Below, piece after piece: positions 1 to 11,482 of a DNA stretch of 64,000 nucleotides. The stretch is from the NCBI GenBank assembly GCA_043819555.1, contig JBDREQ010000020.1:64001-128000 (forward strand), written 5' to 3'. Under the pieces are notes generated by a model. It was given only the letters and a program-made list of their open reading frames with translations. It made no database searches and was not told where the DNA came from. The position numbers and the translations under genes are program-made. Numbering within the stretch: the stretch's first letter is position 1; every line of letters begins with the position of its first letter. This DNA is from Candidatus Zixiibacteriota bacterium. Its GTDB lineage: Bacteria > Zixibacteria > MSB-5A5 > GN15 > JAAZOE01.

Positions 1-705
1 CCGCCAAAACGAAAAAGCTGTCGTCCCGGCCATCTGATAACTGAAAATGATGTACGCTTGTATTAGAAACGGAATGATTGCAACCAGAAAAGTGGCGATC
101 AATATCGCAGTTTTAGACCATTGCCGTCTCCAAAAGATTTCATAGAGAAAGATAAATCCAATGACAAATAAATATACTGGAGAGATTATGAAAGCGATTC
201 CCCATAGAATTCCTGTCAGAATGCGTGTTAAATTTGTTTGTTTTTCTCTAAGATAGATCCATATTCCGGCGATAAAAATAGGCAGTGAAAAATAAAATGC
301 TGTCGCCAAAAAGAGATATCCCGGACCCATATACTGATTAATGTAAGGAATCATTGCTGACGTCAACAAAGCCGTCGTTTTATCGAATATTCTGCATAGC
401 ATTAAATAAGAAAAAATTAAAAGCAGCCACACATTGATGATTGCCATAAACAGGGGCATAATCTCAAGCGAAATTCCGATAGATGCCGCGCCGGATAAAA
501 ATAAATGATAAAAAGGCGGATGAAAGGACGGGAAGCCGGTGACTGGATCGTCATATAAATTACCGCGCATAACCGCCAATGTTTTAGCTTTCATATATTG
601 AATATCGGGCGTGTGAAAATACGGAGGCGATTGGAAAATAAGAAGAGGGCCGATAATCACAATAATTATCAGCCCCAAAAATATCTCATGAGTATATTTA
701 TTCAT
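1..705 (-). CDS. Polytopic membrane protein, probable GT-C fold glycosyltransferase (3'-truncated by window edge)
   Basis: Not in the ORF track; translated by hand from ATG at 705: MNKYTHEIFLGLIIIVIIGPLL...PDIQY...LYDDPVTGFPSFHPPFYHLFL..., open to base 1, many hydrophobic segments; acidic first loop plus HPPxY motif typical of GT-C enzymes; lies just downstream of secA. Confidence 0.6.
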   Translation of the reverse strand, partial: MNKYTHEIFLGLIIIVIIGPLLIFQSPPYFHTPDIQYMKAKTLAVMRGNLYDDPVTGFPSFHPPFYHLFLSGAASIGISLEIMPLFMAIINVWLLLIFSYLMLCRIFDKTTALLTSAMIPYINQYMGPGYLFLATAFYFSLPIFIAGIWIYLREKQTNLTRILTGILWGIAFIISPVYLFVIGFIFLYEIFWRRQWSKTAILIATFLVAIIPFLIQAYIIFSYQMAGTTAFSFWR

Positions 706-727
706 TTGAGCCCGTGTAAAATATTTA

Positions 728-3691
728 TCACTGCTTCATTTCGCAGCATTTTTTATATTTCTTGCCCGAACCGCATGGGCAGGGATCATTGCGCCCGACT
801 TTTGGCTGATCTCTCTTAATCGGTTTTTGTTTGCCTCTCTTGCTCGCTTCCGCCATAGGGCTTTTGCCCAAATTACTTTCAGCATCGCCGGCGCTTTGTT
901 CTGCGGATGAATATCCCATCCCTGTTGTATCGGCATGGCTGGCGACCAGATGGGGCATGGGCCGGTCGGTCCGTGGTTTTTGCGCCGCCGATTGAACTTG
1001 CATGCGGAAGACTTTTCCCACCGTATCCCGATCAATATTATCGATCAGAGCAGAAAACAAGGTAAAGGCTTCTTTCTTATATTCCATTAGTGGATCGCGC
1101 TGTCCATACGCCCGCAGTCCGATTCCGGTGCGAAGCTCGTCTATTTCATTAAGATGATCGCGCCAGTATTGATCAATGGTTACCAGGGCCGCGTATCTTT
1201 CCAAACGGCGCATCAGTTCCGGCCCATAAGCGTCTTCCTTGTTCTGATAAATTACCAAAGCCGCCTGCTTTATCTGTTCGAATAATTTTTCACGGGTCAA
1301 ATCCTGAATATCATCATCCTTAAATTTCAAATCGAGAAGGAAGGAATGCAAAACCTGTCTGCGTAATTCAAATAGATTCCAATTTTCCGGGTATTCTTTT
1401 TCAGGACAATTAGCCTCAATAATAGCTTCAATATTGATATCGATCATTTCCATAATCGTAGATTTAATATCTTCGTTTTCCAAAACCCGCAGGCGCCGTC
1501 CATAAACCACTTCGCGCTGCTGATTCATAACGTCGTCATACTTCAAAGTATGTTTGCGGATGGAGAAGTTTTGCGCTTCAACTCGTTTCTGGGCCCGTTC
1601 AATTGCCTTTGAAATCATGCTGTGAGTGATAACTTCGCCCTCTTCGACGCCAAGTCTGTCCATTATGCCCGCGATGCGATCCGAACCAAACAGACGCATA
1701 AGATCGTCTTCCAAGGAAAGGAAAAACTGCGATGAACCGGGATCGCCCTGGCGTCCTGAACGTCCTCGCAGCTGCCGATCGATGCGCCGCGATTCATGCC
1801 GTTCAGTTCCGAGGATATGCAGCCCCCCCGCCTCTACGACGGCCTCACTGAGTTTAATATCCGTGCCTCGTCCGGCCATGTTGGTTGCGATTGTTACTGC
1901 TCCGGTTTGTCCCGCTTCGGAGACAATTCCTGCTTCCTGCTGATGACGCTTGGCATTTAACACATTATGCTTGATGCCTGTTTTCTGCAACATCCGCGAC
2001 AGGATTTCACTTACTTCAACAGAAATCGTACCGACCAGGACAGGTCGACCGATTTTATTCATCTCCACAATTTTATTTATAATAGCGGCGTATTTTTCGC
2101 GCCGCGTTCGGAAAATTTCATCCTCCATATCATCACGAATGACTGGGCGATCAGTTGGTATGACAACCACATCTAACTTATAAATATCAAAAAATTCGGA
2201 CGCTTCTGTTTCCGCGGTACCGGTCATACCGGCCAGTTTTTTGTACATCCGGAAATAATTCTGGAGAGTGATTGATGCCAGAGTCTGTGTCTGAGCTTCA
2301 ACTCGAACGCCTTCTTTGGCTTCAATGGCTTCGTGCAGGCCATCACTAAAACGCCTGCCCGGCATGAGCCGTCCGGTGAATTCATCGACTATGAGGACCT
2401 TTCCTTCCTGAAGCACATATTCATTATTCTTTTCATAAAGAGAATAAGCTTTCAGGAGCTGGCTGATATTGTGGACTTTTTCGGATCGCTCCCCATGAAT
2501 TTTATAAATCGCGTCAGTTTTTTGAGTTTTTTCCTCAACCCCCATCGATTCGTCCCCTTCAATCATCGACAGCTCGGTGGAAAGATCGGGGATGACAAAT
2601 AATTCCTGTACATCTGCGGGAAACTGAGAACGGCCATTGTCGGTCAAATCAATTGAATGCTCCCTTTCGTCAATGACATAATAAAGCTCTTCATCGAGTT
2701 CAAACATTTTTTTATCGCGCAACAATGCCCCTTCGGTCTGCTGAATCAGCTTTTTAATGCCTGACTCTTTTTCCATACGCAGGAGCTTTTTGTGCTTGGG
2801 TGCGCCGCGCCGCGCCGACAATAGGCGCAAGCCGGCTTCGTATTCGTTTCCCTCCTTAAGGAATTTTTCCGCTTCGGTGATATACTGGTTTACCAGGTTG
2901 TTTTGTTTTCTGACCAATTGATCCACATACGGCTTCATTTCTTTGTAACGTCCCGTATCGCTCGATTCAACTGTTCCCGATATGATCAGCGGCGTTCGAG
3001 CCTCGTCAATCAGGAGGGAATCGACTTCGTCGACAATGGCGTAATTATACCCGCGATGCACCCGGTCTTCAGCCGTTTGAACCATATTATCGCGGAGGTA
3101 ATCAAAACCGAATTCATTATTTGTGCCATGCGTGATATCACAATTGTATTCAACTTTGCGCTCCGCCGGAGACATGTCGTGCTGAATACATCCCACCGTC
3201 AAACCCAGAAATTCATAGATTTTGCCCATCCATTGTCTGTCGCGCAAAGCGAGGTAATCGTTGACGGTGACGACATGGACCCCAAAGCCGGTCAGCGCAT
3301 TAAGATAAACCGGTAATGTCGCCACCAGCGTTTTACCTTCACCGGTTGCCATTTCGGCTATTTTGCCCTGATGAAGGACGATCCCACCAATTAGCTGAAC
3401 ATTGTAAGGAATCATATTCCATTCGGTCTCTATTCCAGCAACTTCCCAGGATTGACCGTAAAGGCGTTTACAGGCTTGCTTGACCAACGCGAACGCTTCG
3501 GTGAGAATATCTTCGAGTGTCTCGCCGTTGGCCAGTCGTTTTTTGAATTCTCCGGTTTTTGCTTTTAGCTCGTCATCGGTAAGAGAATCAAAAAGGTCGT
3601 AATGGCTGTTTATTTCGTCTACAATTGGTTTAAGTTTTTTTATATCGCGATCGTGCTTGGTGCCGAACATTTTTGTAATCAGACTTTTCAT
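728..3691 (-). CDS. secA: Preprotein translocase ATPase SecA
   Basis: MATGEGKT Walker [46 protein letters not shown]-terminal [17 protein letters not shown]. Confidence 0.99.
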   Translation of the reverse strand: MKSLITKMFGTKHDRDIKKLKPIVDEINSHYDLFDSLTDDELKAKTGEFKKRLANGETLEDILTEAFALVKQACKRLYGQSWEVAGIETEWNMIPYNVQLIGGIVLHQGKIAEMATGEGKTLVATLPVYLNALTGFGVHVVTVNDYLALRDRQWMGKIYEFLGLTVGCIQHDMSPAERKVEYNCDITHGTNNEFGFDYLRDNMVQTAEDRVHRGYNYAIVDEVDSLLIDEARTPLIISGTVESSDTGRYKEMKPYVDQLVRKQNNLVNQYITEAEKFLKEGNEYEAGLRLLSARRGAPKHKKLLRMEKESGIKKLIQQTEGALLRDKKMFELDEELYYVIDEREHSIDLTDNGRSQFPADVQELFVIPDLSTELSMIEGDESMGVEEKTQKTDAIYKIHGERSEKVHNISQLLKAYSLYEKNNEYVLQEGKVLIVDEFTGRLMPGRRFSDGLHEAIEAKEGVRVEAQTQTLASITLQNYFRMYKKLAGMTGTAETEASEFFDIYKLDVVVIPTDRPVIRDDMEDEIFRTRREKYAAIINKIVEMNKIGRPVLVGTISVEVSEILSRMLQKTGIKHNVLNAKRHQQEAGIVSEAGQTGAVTIATNMAGRGTDIKLSEAVVEAGGLHILGTERHESRRIDRQLRGRSGRQGDPGSSQFFLSLEDDLMRLFGSDRIAGIMDRLGVEEGEVITHSMISKAIERAQKRVEAQNFSIRKHTLKYDDVMNQQREVVYGRRLRVLENEDIKSTIMEMIDINIEAIIEANCPEKEYPENWNLFELRRQVLHSFLLDLKFKDDDIQDLTREKLFEQIKQAALVIYQNKEDAYGPELMRRLERYAALVTIDQYWRDHLNEIDELRTGIGLRAYGQRDPLMEYKKEAFTLFSALIDNIDRDTVGKVFRMQVQSAAQKPRTDRPMPHLVASHADTTGMGYSSAEQSAGDAESNLGKSPMAEASKRGKQKPIKRDQPKVGRNDPCPCGSGKKYKKCCEMKQ

Positions 3692-3957
3692 TCAAATATT
3701 CTCCCCAAATGTAATCTCATATAATAATAACCACCGTTCAGTCAAACAAGTCTTTTCATACGTCATAGATTATACAAATACTAGCGGTTACTATTCACTA
3801 ATTGTGAGAAAAACAGGATTCTTTGTCCAAAGTCTCATTTATGTAATTCTGGCTCATTATGAAAACGGCTAATGCGGTTTATGCCTTGCGTTATAAATAA
3901 ATTATGAATCTTTTTGATTACACCGCTTTCAACAGAATCATCGCATAATCATCAGAC

Positions 3958-4959
3958 ATGCAGTTCAAACGGTTGACCTTGCAAGATAAAAACAATATAT
4001 TTAACTTAATCTCAGGGAGAATAAATACGGACAGGAATACGGAAAAAAAGGAAGGGATTGTTACCCGGGGGCATGGAAACCGTTTCATTGTCTTCTCTGA
4101 CAACGAATATATTCCCTGCCAGCTTAGGGGCATAGTTAAACATAAAACTTCTCATTCCACACCGGTTGCCGTTGGAGATAATGTTTTGATATCACTTATT
4201 GATGACGGCGAAGGAGTAATCGAAGAAATACTTCCAAGAAAATCGGTTCTTTCTCGGCCGGTAACCGGCCGAGAATCGCATGAGCATGTTATAGCCGCCA
4301 ATGTTGATTCGCTTATAATTGTTACTTCAATAAAACAACCGCTTCTCAAATCCGGTTTAATTGACAGATTCCTGATTGCCGCCCAGGTTGGCCAGTTGCA
4401 TCCGGTTATTGTCATTAATAAAATCGATCTTGGACCTGAACCGCATATTAATGAAATTATAGAAACCTATCGTGATTTAGGTTTTGATCTGTTTTTAACA
4501 TCGGCCAATGAAGAAAAGACCAAACCTGAGAATGAACTCAATTTATTCGGCAAGTATTTAAATAATCACAAGTCGATATTGGCGGGCCATTCTGGCGTTG
4601 GAAAATCTTCGCTGTTGAATCTTCTAATACCGGGCTTAAATTTGCCGACATCGAGCATATCGAAATCAACCAATCGCGGCCGCCACGCGACCAGTTGGAT
4701 GGAGTTAATTCAATTACCGGGAGGCGGTTTTGTCATTGACAGCCCCGGCGTAAAAGTACTTGGTTTATGGCAAGTTGAAAAAGAAAATATACTCAAGTAT
4801 TATCCCGAAATGATGGACTTTCAGGGCGAATGCCGTTTTATGCCTTGTACTCATACTCATGAGCCCGATTGCGCCATAAAGAAGGCCGTGGAATCCGGAA
4901 AGATTATGAAATTTCGCTACCGCAATTATCTCCAGATTTATGAATCGCTTGAGAGCTAA
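3958..4959 (+). CDS. rsgA: Ribosome small subunit-dependent GTPase A (start uncertain)
   Basis: OB-fold VAVGDNV, circularly permuted GTPase (NKID before GHSGVGKSS, then DSPG), Zn site CRFMPCTHTHEPDC. Confidence 0.95.
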   Translation: MQFKRLTLQDKNNIFNLISGRINTDRNTEKKEGIVTRGHGNRFIVFSDNEYIPCQLRGIVKHKTSHSTPVAVGDNVLISLIDDGEGVIEEILPRKSVLSRPVTGRESHEHVIAANVDSLIIVTSIKQPLLKSGLIDRFLIAAQVGQLHPVIVINKIDLGPEPHINEIIETYRDLGFDLFLTSANEEKTKPENELNLFGKYLNNHKSILAGHSGVGKSSLLNLLIPGLNLPTSSISKSTNRGRHATSWMELIQLPGGGFVIDSPGVKVLGLWQVEKENILKYYPEMMDFQGECRFMPCTHTHEPDCAIKKAVESGKIMKFRYRNYLQIYESLES

Positions 4960-5017
4960 TTTTATATAAGGGGCAAAGGAATCATATTTTGGGCCGAAAA
5001 TATACATAAGGATATGT

Positions 5018-5920
5018 ATGATCTCGAAAAATGTAGAATTTAAGGTTGGGTTGCTGGTTTTAGTCGGGGCGGCGATTGTGGTTTTCTCCATCTGGCTGGC
5101 CAAAGGTTACCGCTATGGACAGGATTACTATTCCGTATCAGTTGTGTTTCCCGAAGTCGGCGCGCTGGCGACCGGCGATCCGGTTGCGGTATCGGGTGTA
5201 ACTAAAGGAAAAGTTAAAAACATAAGCCTTTATGAAGGCCAAGTCTTAACGGTTTTGGATATGGCTACAGATGTGCAGCTAAAAGAAGACGCGACTTTTA
5301 TTGTAAAAAATATCGGCCTCATGGGCGAGCGATTTATTTCGGCTAAAACCGGCGTATCAGATATTCCTCTGGCTCCAGATCGTCCCGCACTTGGCACTTT
5401 CGACCCTGGAATCCCTGAAGTAATGGGCATGATGGGTATGGTAATATCAAATATGAATCGACTTGTCACTTCGCTTGAACAGACTGTCATATCGCCGCAA
5501 ACGCTGGATAAATTTTCCATGACAATTTCAAACTTACAGGCCTTGACCAACAGATTAGAATCGGCGGCCGAATCGGACCTGCCCAAAATCGATACCGCCC
5601 TGGATAATTTTGTCAGCCTGTCGGAATCATTGAAGGCCGGCGTTGATCGCAATCGACCTCATATCGATTCCGCCGTCCAAAATATGAATGAAGCAGGCAA
5701 GAGGTTTCTAACGCTTCTTGATGATATGGATGAGGCTTCGCAAAAACTTAAATCATTCGCAACCGATTTAGATAATTCCGACGGTACCATGCGGATGCTG
5801 ATGGAAGACCGGCGGCTATATGATGATCTCCGAGCCACGTCAAAAAAACTCGACAGCCTGGTAACAGATATCCGCGCCAACCCCAAAAAATATATCAATT
5901 TTTCGCTGGAGATATTCTAA
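5018..5920 (+). CDS. mlaD: MlaD/MCE family protein
   Basis: N-terminal TM (EFKVGLLVLVG), MCE motifs GALATGDPVAVSGVTKGKV and GLMGERFI, helical tail ending DIRANPKKYI. Confidence 0.85.
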   Translation: MISKNVEFKVGLLVLVGAAIVVFSIWLAKGYRYGQDYYSVSVVFPEVGALATGDPVAVSGVTKGKVKNISLYEGQVLTVLDMATDVQLKEDATFIVKNIGLMGERFISAKTGVSDIPLAPDRPALGTFDPGIPEVMGMMGMVISNMNRLVTSLEQTVISPQTLDKFSMTISNLQALTNRLESAAESDLPKIDTALDNFVSLSESLKAGVDRNRPHIDSAVQNMNEAGKRFLTLLDDMDEASQKLKSFATDLDNSDGTMRMLMEDRRLYDDLRATSKKLDSLVTDIRANPKKYINFSLEIF

Positions 5921-5922
5921 TA

Positions 5923-8112
5923 ATGAAATTCAAGCTGGCTTTCGCTCTGCATAATCATCAGCCGGTCGGTAATTTTTCGGCGGTTTTCGAAGAAGCGCAT
6001 AACAAATGTTATGCGGCCTTCATGGAATTGTTAAAAAAATATCCCGAATTAAAAATTTCCTTGCATCAGTCGGGGATATTATGGGATTGGCAGAAGCAGC
6101 ATCATCCCGAATATTTTTCGGCAATTGGGGAATTAGTTGATCGAGGTCAAATAGAATTAATATCAGGGGCCTTTTATGAACCCATCCTGACGGCCATTCC
6201 GGATAGGGATAAAATCGGCCAGATAAATTCATTAAACTCATTTTTGAAAAATCATTTTGAAGTGCACGCGCGGGGGATGTGGTTAGCCGAACGAGTATGG
6301 GAGCCGCATTTGCCCAAAGTTATCAATCAATGCGGCCTTCGGTTTCTTCCTCTTGATGATACGCATTTTTATTTTGCCGGTTTGCGTGAGGATGAAATGT
6401 ATGGTTCATATATTACCGAGGAAGAAGGACGGAATATCACGCTTTTGCCGATTTTAAAGGACCTGCGCTATTTAATCCCTTTTGGTACTCCCGAAAAAAT
6501 TATTGAGTTTTTGCGCAATGCCGCGGCTCGTCATCCGGGAGGAATGGCGGTTTATGCCGATGACGGTGAAAAATTCGGAGTCTGGCCGGGAACCTTCAAG
6601 CACTGTTACACCGATGGCTGGCTGAAGCGATTTTTAAATATTTTAAATGAAAACTCTGACTGGCTGGAGGTCGTCAGTTTGGGGCAGGCTGTGGAAGAAA
6701 ATCCACCTCTGGGAAGAGTTTACCTGCCATCGGCTTCCTATTCGGAAATGCTGCACTGGGCTTTGCCCGCCGACGGAGTGGCGGCCTTTGAAGAATTTGA
6801 AAATCGGCTGAAAGAGTGCGATTTGTTTTATGAGAACGAGCGATTTGTGAGGGGAGGACATTGGCGCGGATTTTTGACCAAATATCCCGAATCGAATTTG
6901 ATGCATAAAAAGATGCTGGCCGTTTCAAAGATGCTTGAAGAAGTTTCCAAATTAGACAACATAGATTTTGAACGATTGGCCAAAGCCAGAAATTTTCTAT
7001 ACGCCGGACAATGCAACTGCGCTTATTGGCATGGTGTCTTTGGAGGACTCTATCTTCCTCATTTACGGTGGGCTATTTATAATAAGCTGATTCGGGCCGA
7101 AACAATTTTGCGCCAGCTGTGCGGCCGCGAAGTTTTTTATAACTTCGAAGACATTGACCATGACGGCTTTCGAGAAGTAAGATTGGGTAATAAAGAATTG
7201 TCTATAACCATTTCACCGCAAAAAGGCGGACAGATAATTGACTGGTCATGTCACAGTAGCAACATCAATCTCGTTGACTGTCTGGCTCGACGCCGTGAAG
7301 GTTACCATAAAAAGCTGATGGAATTTCGGTCCTCAGATCAAAACACTGTGACAAAATCGATCCATGATTTGGTGGCGGTCAAGGAAAATGGTTTGGAAAG
7401 ATTACTGGCTCAGGATAAGTACCTAAGACGCCCATTAACCGATCATTTTTTCCAGGAAGGAATGGAACTTGATTCATTCTTCAGCGGAAGTTATAAGGAG
7501 CTTGGGGATTTTGTCAATGGCGCATTTGACCCGAGTTTTGTCGAGTCAGATGACAGTTACCAGTTAATTTTATCCAGGCGGGGCAATGTTTGGTACGGAG
7601 ATTATCATTGCCCTTTAAAATTAGACAAAGAAATCATCTTTCCCAGACATGGCAATTCGATTCAAGTAAAATATCGTTTACTGCAAAATAGTCTGGAAAT
7701 CATGCCCGTTAATTTTGCTGTTGAATTTGATTTTAACCTGTTGGCTCCCGAGGCCGAAAATCGTTATGTCTTAATAGATGGCATACGGCCCCACGAAAGA
7801 TCCAATCTGGGCGCCATTGACGCAACCGGTCCCGCCTCGAGTATTTCTCTTAATGACGAAAACCAGCAAGTGGGCATTCAAATCATTTCCGACAAATTGG
7901 GCAAAATTTGGCGTGTTCCCATATTTTCCGTTTCTATTTCTGAAGAAGGATTCGAAAAAATTTATCAGGGAACGTCAGTGTTATTCCTGTTTGATAATTC
8001 CCTTGTCTCGGGCCGGGAACAAATTATTAAGTTTGATATTTATACAGGCCCCCTGGATTTAATGCCTGCCCTAAATTCTCCCGAATGCAAGGCTATTCCA
8101 GAGACAAAATAG
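5923..8112 (+). CDS. GH57 alpha-amylase/4-alpha-glucanotransferase
   Basis: HNHQPVGN, FYEPIL, GMWLAERVWEP (nucleophile Glu), DDGEKFGVWP (acid/base Asp), QCNCAYWHGVFGGLYLPHLR. Confidence 0.92.
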   Translation: MKFKLAFALHNHQPVGNFSAVFEEAHNKCYAAFMELLKKYPELKISLHQSGILWDWQKQHHPEYFSAIGELVDRGQIELISGAFYEPILTAIPDRDKIGQINSLNSFLKNHFEVHARGMWLAERVWEPHLPKVINQCGLRFLPLDDTHFYFAGLREDEMYGSYITEEEGRNITLLPILKDLRYLIPFGTPEKIIEFLRNAAARHPGGMAVYADDGEKFGVWPGTFKHCYTDGWLKRFLNILNENSDWLEVVSLGQAVEENPPLGRVYLPSASYSEMLHWALPADGVAAFEEFENRLKECDLFYENERFVRGGHWRGFLTKYPESNLMHKKMLAVSKMLEEVSKLDNIDFERLAKARNFLYAGQCNCAYWHGVFGGLYLPHLRWAIYNKLIRAETILRQLCGREVFYNFEDIDHDGFREVRLGNKELSITISPQKGGQIIDWSCHSSNINLVDCLARRREGYHKKLMEFRSSDQNTVTKSIHDLVAVKENGLERLLAQDKYLRRPLTDHFFQEGMELDSFFSGSYKELGDFVNGAFDPSFVESDDSYQLILSRRGNVWYGDYHCPLKLDKEIIFPRHGNSIQVKYRLLQNSLEIMPVNFAVEFDFNLLAPEAENRYVLIDGIRPHERSNLGAIDATGPASSISLNDENQQVGIQIISDKLGKIWRVPIFSVSISEEGFEKIYQGTSVLFLFDNSLVSGREQIIKFDIYTGPLDLMPALNSPECKAIPETK

Positions 8113-8281
8113 TCGATTAGATATATTTTTTTTGTAAGTTCAGGCGGCGCCTTTTCTCTTTTCCCCCCCAATGCTGCATATTAATTGCGTATATCTATAT
8201 TAAATCGGGTTGCGGTTTCAATCAGAAATAGCAATATTTAATGAATTCATCAGTTTGTGTAAATATAAAAGGAGATGATGG

Positions 8282-9490
8282 ATGCAGAATTTTACATTTT
8301 ATCTTCCAACGAAAATTACTTTCGGCGCCGGGACAATAGATCAGGTCGGAATCGAATCAGTCGCGTTGGGAAAAAGGGCCTTGATTGTCACCGGCAAACG
8401 ATCGGCTTCGGCTTTCGGGATAATTAAACGAGTTACCGATTATCTGGAAAGGGAGGGAATTGAAGCAGTCGTTTTTGATAAGATTGAACCGAATCCACGG
8501 ACGACGACGATTGATGAAGCCGGAGAGCTTGCCCGAACAAATAATTGCGATTTCGTAATCGGTTTGGGCGGTGGTTCGCCGATGGATGCCGCCAAAGCTA
8601 TTGCCGTGGCCGCGGTGGAAGCAAAACCTATATGGGAATTCATTCCGCATGGCGCCGGACCAGCCCGACCCATAAAAAGAGCCCTGCCGATTCTGGAAAT
8701 ACCCACTTTGGCCGCAACCGGCTCGGAAGCCGATGCCGGCGGCGTTTTTACAAATTGGGAAACTCATGAAAAGGCCGTATTATTCAGTCCCTTACTATAC
8801 CCAAAGGTATCAATCATAGACCCGGAACTTACGGTCACGGTACCCAAAGATTATACAGTCGATGGCGGGATAGATATTATTTGTCATGTCATCGAAGGAT
8901 TCTTTACTGGAGCCGATAATACTCCGATTCAGGATCGTTTCGCTTTGTCGGTAATCAAAACCGTAATGGAAAACCTGCCTAAAGTAGTCGAAAACCCGAA
9001 AGATATAGAAGCCCGCGCCAATCTATCCTGGGCATCGGCTGTTGCTTTATCCGGCATGGTTAATTCCGGCCGCGGGGGTTCGTTTCCCATCCATGCCCTG
9101 GAACACTCATTATCGGGACATTATGATATATCTCATGGCCTTGGTTTGGCATTGCTCCTGCCGGCCATAATGGAATATGGTTACAAATCTAGGCCATCCA
9201 AATACGCCATGCTGGCCGAAGAGCTATTTGATATTCATCGTGACGGGCAGACCGATGAACAATTGGCGGAAAAGGCCATCGAGCAAATGAAGAGATTCTT
9301 GAAATCAGTAGGCCGGCTGCTTTCTCTCAAAGACGTTGGTATTAAAAACGACGCAAAATTAGTAAAAATGGCCGACGACGCTCTCAATATCTATGGAGTT
9401 GATGGTCAATACCTCGACAATCCAAAAAAGCTCTATAAAAATGACATCCTGGCGATTTTTGCCAAGCTGGCAAGCCAGGGTAATAGTTAA
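8282..9490 (+). CDS. Iron-containing alcohol dehydrogenase (BDH-like)
   Basis: GLGGGSPMDAAKAIA, PTLAATGSE, metal-binding HALEH...H..SHG; AAGGAG RBS. Confidence 0.93.
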   Translation: MQNFTFYLPTKITFGAGTIDQVGIESVALGKRALIVTGKRSASAFGIIKRVTDYLEREGIEAVVFDKIEPNPRTTTIDEAGELARTNNCDFVIGLGGGSPMDAAKAIAVAAVEAKPIWEFIPHGAGPARPIKRALPILEIPTLAATGSEADAGGVFTNWETHEKAVLFSPLLYPKVSIIDPELTVTVPKDYTVDGGIDIICHVIEGFFTGADNTPIQDRFALSVIKTVMENLPKVVENPKDIEARANLSWASAVALSGMVNSGRGGSFPIHALEHSLSGHYDISHGLGLALLLPAIMEYGYKSRPSKYAMLAEELFDIHRDGQTDEQLAEKAIEQMKRFLKSVGRLLSLKDVGIKNDAKLVKMADDALNIYGVDGQYLDNPKKLYKNDILAIFAKLASQGNS

Positions 9491-9653
9491 TCGGTAATGC
9501 AACAGCCTAATATGTATGAGTATAGAAAGCGGGATTGCCGCTCAGAAAGTTCAGGAAAACGGTTGCTATCTCAAACAATTTAGCATATTTTTTGTTTAAT
9601 GATATTTGGAATGTGATGCGAAGGTCGCATATGCCGATAAAAAGGAGTAGGAA

Positions 9654-9971
9654 TTGAATATACCGATATTATTGTCCAATCCGCCCGCAGGAAGCGAGGG
9701 CGGGGCGGGATCAATGCTGGTGTCGCTTGGTCCGATTGTATTGATTTTTGTGATTTTTTATTTGCTTCTTATAAGACCCCAGCAAAAAAGACAGAAAGAA
9801 CATCAAAAACTTGTTGCGGCTCTTAAAAAGGGTGACAAAGTCGTTACTAACAGCGGGTTATACGGAGTAATATCATCCATTAACGATGAGAAAAATATTG
9901 TTGTCCTAAAAATAGCTGAGGACGTAAAAGTTGAGTTTACAAGATCTTCCGTTGCCGGTAAGATCGAATAA
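9654..9971 (+). CDS. yajC: Preprotein translocase subunit YajC
   Basis: IFYLLLIRPQQKRQKEHQK...LKKGDKVVTNSGLYG; TTG start after AAGGAG. Confidence 0.95.
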   Translation: MNIPILLSNPPAGSEGGAGSMLVSLGPIVLIFVIFYLLLIRPQQKRQKEHQKLVAALKKGDKVVTNSGLYGVISSINDEKNIVVLKIAEDVKVEFTRSSVAGKIE

Positions 9972-9990
9972 TTGAATTTATGGAGCAGTA

Positions 9991-10497
9991 ATGGCGATAA
10001 GACCGATTTTGAAATATGGTGAGCAGGTCTTACGAGAAGTCGCAAAACCGGTGGAACAAATTACCGCCGATATTAAAGAAATTGTGGCTAGATTAAAGGC
10101 CACTTTAAAAGATGCCAAAGGGCTGGGATTGGCGGCGCCTCAAATAGGCGAATCGCTGCGAATATTTGTAGTTGATTTATCGGTGGTGGATTTAACTGCC
10201 GAAACAACCGTATTTATTAACCCGGAAATATTGGAAACATCCGGCTCGATTGAGTTTGAAGAAGGATGCCTGTCTTTCCCGGGAATTTATCAGCGATTGA
10301 CCCGTCCGGAACGGGTAAAAGTCAAAGCTCTTGACGAAAATGGCAAAGAATTTTTTCTGGAAGCCGACGGATTAGCCGCTCGAGCCATCCAGCATGAATA
10401 TGATCACCTGGATGGGGTTTTATTCATAGACCATTTTTCCGCCATAAGCCGGGCATTAATTGACCGCAGACTCAAAAGATTGGCAAAATCCGCATAG
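9991..10497 (+). CDS. def: Peptide deformylase
   Basis: GLGLAAPQIG, EGCLS, QHEYDHLDG motifs. Confidence 0.98.
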   Translation: MAIRPILKYGEQVLREVAKPVEQITADIKEIVARLKATLKDAKGLGLAAPQIGESLRIFVVDLSVVDLTAETTVFINPEILETSGSIEFEEGCLSFPGIYQRLTRPERVKVKALDENGKEFFLEADGLAARAIQHEYDHLDGVLFIDHFSAISRALIDRRLKRLAKSA

Positions 10498-10528
10498 ATT
10501 CCAGTCTTATCGCTTTGCTGACAATTGA

Positions 10529-11482
10529 ATGAAAATTGTGTTCATGGGAACACCGGAGTTCGCCTGTGAAGGACTCGTGACTCTGGCTAATTCCTCTCAT
10601 GAGGTGGCGGCAATTGTCACCGTGCCGGATAAAAAATCCGGTCGCGGGCAAAAACTATCGCCTTGCGAAGTAAAAATCAAGGCTCTCGATATGGGCTTTA
10701 AGGTTTTCCAGCCGGAAAACCTTAAAGAGGATTCTTTCATTGATGAAATGAAAACGATCGGGGCTGATTTATTTGTCGTCATTGCTTTTCGAATTCTTCC
10801 CAAAAAGCTCTATTCCCTTCCGTCGTTGGGAGCAATAAACATCCACGCCTCAATTTTGCCCAAATATAGGGGCGCGGCGCCGATAAATCACGCCATTCTT
10901 AATGGCGAAACAGAAACAGGACTGACTTCATTTTTCCTGGCGGGAAAAATCGACGCCGGCAAGATTATTGATCAGGAAAAAGTGAAAATTGGACCTGATG
11001 AAAACTTCACATCTGTCTATAATCGCCTGTCGCAATTGTCAGGTCCCTTTCTTCTGCGGACTCTGGATAAGATAGAGAATCAGGAATTTTCACCAATCGA
11101 ACAGGACAATTCGAAAGTTTCTCCGGCGCCGAAAATTTCACCCGAAGATTGCTTGATTGATTGGAATAAAAAGGCGACAGAAATTCATAATCAAATTCGG
11201 GCGTTTTCGGAAAAACCTGGAGCATACTCATATTTTGATAACAAAAAACTCAAAGTATTGGCATCCCGTATTGAAATCGAAGAGGAGGTCAAAAAATTAT
11301 CGTCAGGTCAAATTTGTGCGCATGAAAAGAATTTATACGCGGGTACCGGAGATGGTCTCCTGCGCATTTTAAGACTTCAACCGGAGGGGAAAAAGATTGT
11401 CGATGCGCCGGCATTCATTAACGGTTATATGACAGCAGAACCAAAACAAATGACAAACGAGTGGAAGGAGGTGATTAAATGA
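10529..11482 (+). CDS. fmt: Methionyl-tRNA formyltransferase
   Basis: MKIVFMGTPEFA, INIHASILPKYRGAAPI; follows def. Confidence 0.98.
   Translation: MKIVFMGTPEFACEGLVTLANSSHEVAAIVTVPDKKSGRGQKLSPCEVKIKALDMGFKVFQPENLKEDSFIDEMKTIGADLFVVIAFRILPKKLYSLPSLGAINIHASILPKYRGAAPINHAILNGETETGLTSFFLAGKIDAGKIIDQEKVKIGPDENFTSVYNRLSQLSGPFLLRTLDKIENQEFSPIEQDNSKVSPAPKISPEDCLIDWNKKATEIHNQIRAFSEKPGAYSYFDNKKLKVLASRIEIEEEVKKLSSGQICAHEKNLYAGTGDGLLRILRLQPEGKKIVDAPAFINGYMTAEPKQMTNEWKEVIK

Noticed and set aside
9633..9640. GCCGATAA before yajC as a sigma28 promoter
   Set aside because: No -35 match at the right distance and it abuts the RBS
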